Part shown: positions 62,003-64,000 of the stretch, one piece after another
Position numbering within the stretch: position 1 is the stretch's first letter
How the letters are laid out: every line of letters begins with the position of its first letter
From: Balanoglossus misakiensis
Taxonomy: Eukaryota > Animalia > Hemichordata
DNA length: 64,000 nucleotides
Reading direction: 5' to 3'
Assembly (NCBI GenBank): GCA_040954595.2
Contig: CM082597.2
Location: 8,204,343 to 8,268,342, forward strand
The notes under the pieces: model-generated
The model's input: the letters and a program-made list of their open reading frames with translations, nothing else
Databases searched by the model: none
What the model was told of the DNA's origin: nothing
Made by a program: the position numbers and the translations under genes

Positions 62003-62500
62003 TCTACGTTGTGTGCGAATACTAGTATACTAACAGTATTGAAATCGGGATTTTTTCGTAGAACAACCATTTCTGTTCGTGGGAACGGACAATCAACTGT
62101 ACTCGGGAAATGAATTGCGAGACAATATGAATCTTTTGGACACTGAACCGATCACTGATGTCGAAGTCTTGAGTACTGGGGATTTAATCGCCTTGGATAC
62201 AGAGGGCAAATTGAAAATCAAGAATAAGTGGCCAATGGACGGAGGCAATTTCAACTTCATGCTGAGCGATAGGCGTGGCCGTCGGTCCTGAGGATTTACT
62301 GGTCAGCGTCGGTACAGACAACAGTTTATACCTCTGGTCAAGTCAACAGTCATCCTGGGTAGGGCCAGTACAACACAGTTATGGGGTCATAAAAGTGGCG
62401 CTGTACGGATTGACGTTAGAAGGCGACGGAATCGTTCTCGCGAAATTTCAAGAACCTTTCTGGGATAAAGTTGCAACAGACGCTATGGGTAAAAAGTACT
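61121..62500 (+). pseudogene. Decayed tectonin/tachylectin-like beta-propeller repeat gene
   Basis: Recurrent blade-like motifs: DGVLLGVSEANELQTK...W, ESVLGVNEDNMLVTR, VGTDNQLYS...ITDVEVLSTGDLIALDTEGKL, LLVSVGTDNSLYLW...SWVGPVQHSYGVIKVA. Stops and frameshifts lie between the segments. Confidence 0.5.
61946..62004. repeat. (TTTA)n microsatellite
   Basis: Direct read of the sequence. Confidence 0.85.
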
Positions 62501-64000
62501 GCGATTTCACATTACTGACCGGCTCAACATCGTATGCAATCCATGTGGTAGAATCACAGACATCGCCTATAAAGTCTGTAGCTGTTACCGTTAATCCAGG
62601 CATTGGCCCTGCCAATTCATCACAAGGTTCAATTTATTATTTAGTCTACGTCAGTATTTTATTATCATTTTATGTCAGGATTCCGTTGGCGTCACTGGAA
62701 TCGGTGACGTCACCGCTGCCATTATTGGTTGTGTTATGTATGTTAGCGCCACATGTGTCAATATCCGTAATATCGTCTTCAATTTCTGCAGTTTTGACGC
62801 AACCCGTATCAGCATGCTGATTGGCCAATTCAGTTTCGATTCCAGGTGCACTCAGAACATCTTTGTTAAGAGCATGTGGTGTAAAGTTAGGTGTTAATGG
62901 GAGTCAATTTCGTATGGGTGTTACCATTGTTGTCTGATTGACTTTCTCTATCGTCTATTTATTATTTATTTTTTAGTTCATTTCCCTTTGATATGTCCAA
63001 GCTCTTATTTTACTTCAATCAACGAGTCATGCGTTTCGTTCATTTATACAGGTACAGAGCGCGAGGCAGATAGCAATGGCACTGAATTTGAAAGCGGAGG
63101 TATGCTCAATCTAAGTTATAGAAAATATCACGATTGGACCAGATCTCAATATTTACAATAACTGTAGATTCAATTAAGTGTTTCATTTTTTTTTCCATTT
63201 TGACAATCTTAGAGAGTTCCTAGAGTTACTAAGCCTTTCGTCTCCTTGTATTCGTCAGGAACTGGCGCAGATACAGACAGTAGTGCCTCTAGATTTGGAG
63301 GCGAATGTATGCCCTGCCCCAATACTAAATATATAGTTCGAGAGATTTTTGTTTAGTTGTGGTTCATGCCTGCATGTCCAGCAAGTGACTTTGTTTCGTG
63401 AAACTTGATGTCGGTTCAACAGTTGGCTCTAGCCTTCACCCAGAGGCTGTCACTCGACAGGGGTACCCTTCAGAATTTGTCGTCCCACTTTGTTGCATCC
63501 CTGACTTTTATTTTATTGTATGTTTATTTCAAATTCACAGGTTCTGACGACAGTTTTCGTTTCGTATCCGAAGCAAGCACTGGTGGCTCAGACGCAGAGA
63601 ATTCATGTTCGTTGTTATATCTCACCTTACCACTGTCAGATAATTTTCATCGTAGTTTAGAATGTTGCGTAGGGGCGGCTAGCGCTGGTGGGCGGCTGGC
63701 TGGGTGTTTGAATGACTCTGACTGAAGCTTACAGTCCTGCCAATCTTGTACCACTATCTTCCTTCAACTTCTTGCGTTTTTACACGTGGAAAAAAACATA
63801 TACTCAAAACTTGTTTTCTCATTGATACAGTCCCTCAGGAAAGAGACTGCGTCATGAATAACGTGTGTTCATGTTAATTATGCTTTGAGAAAGATAAAGT
63901 CATATACGTAAGCCAGGCTTAGAAAAATGTTGTACCTTATTGTATATGTAGGTACGTAGGCCCTCGGTCACAACGTTATACATACATCTCTATTTTCACA

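Noticed and set aside
62500-63760. Coding-like low-complexity stretches on both strands
   Set aside because: No consistent exon chain or family motif could be established.

Overview
AT-rich, intron-containing animal genomic DNA; a marine invertebrate is my inference, and the taxon cannot be fixed from the sequence. (1) 1-12.7 kb holds two different ISL2EU-type (PIF/Harbinger-related) DNA transposons lying head to head. Each encodes a THAP-HTH-DDE transposase and a convergent SWIM/YqaJ (lambda-exonuclease-like) protein, and both are damaged. A 2.6-kb TIR element is nested in the first. (2) 13-52.5 kb is a minus-strand tandem array of a spliced gene that the ORF track does not reveal. I reconstructed it by hand as leader exon + two C-type lectin domains + a polycystin-like GAIN domain that ends at a canonical GPS motif (CLCNHL|TVF). 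A stop follows 10-18 residues after the cleavage site and no transmembrane exons are visible. One copy reads open through 13 exons (~646 aa), one is near-complete, and the others are truncated or remnants. The lectin exons are hypervariable while the GPS end is homogenised. This membrane-less lectin-GAIN family is the main candidate for an undescribed system. (3) Many MITEs with readable TIRs and TSDs, a ~50-bp satellite, a LINE 3' end, the last exon of TMEM192 and a decayed tectonin-like gene. All coordinates were read by eye and no database searches were run.
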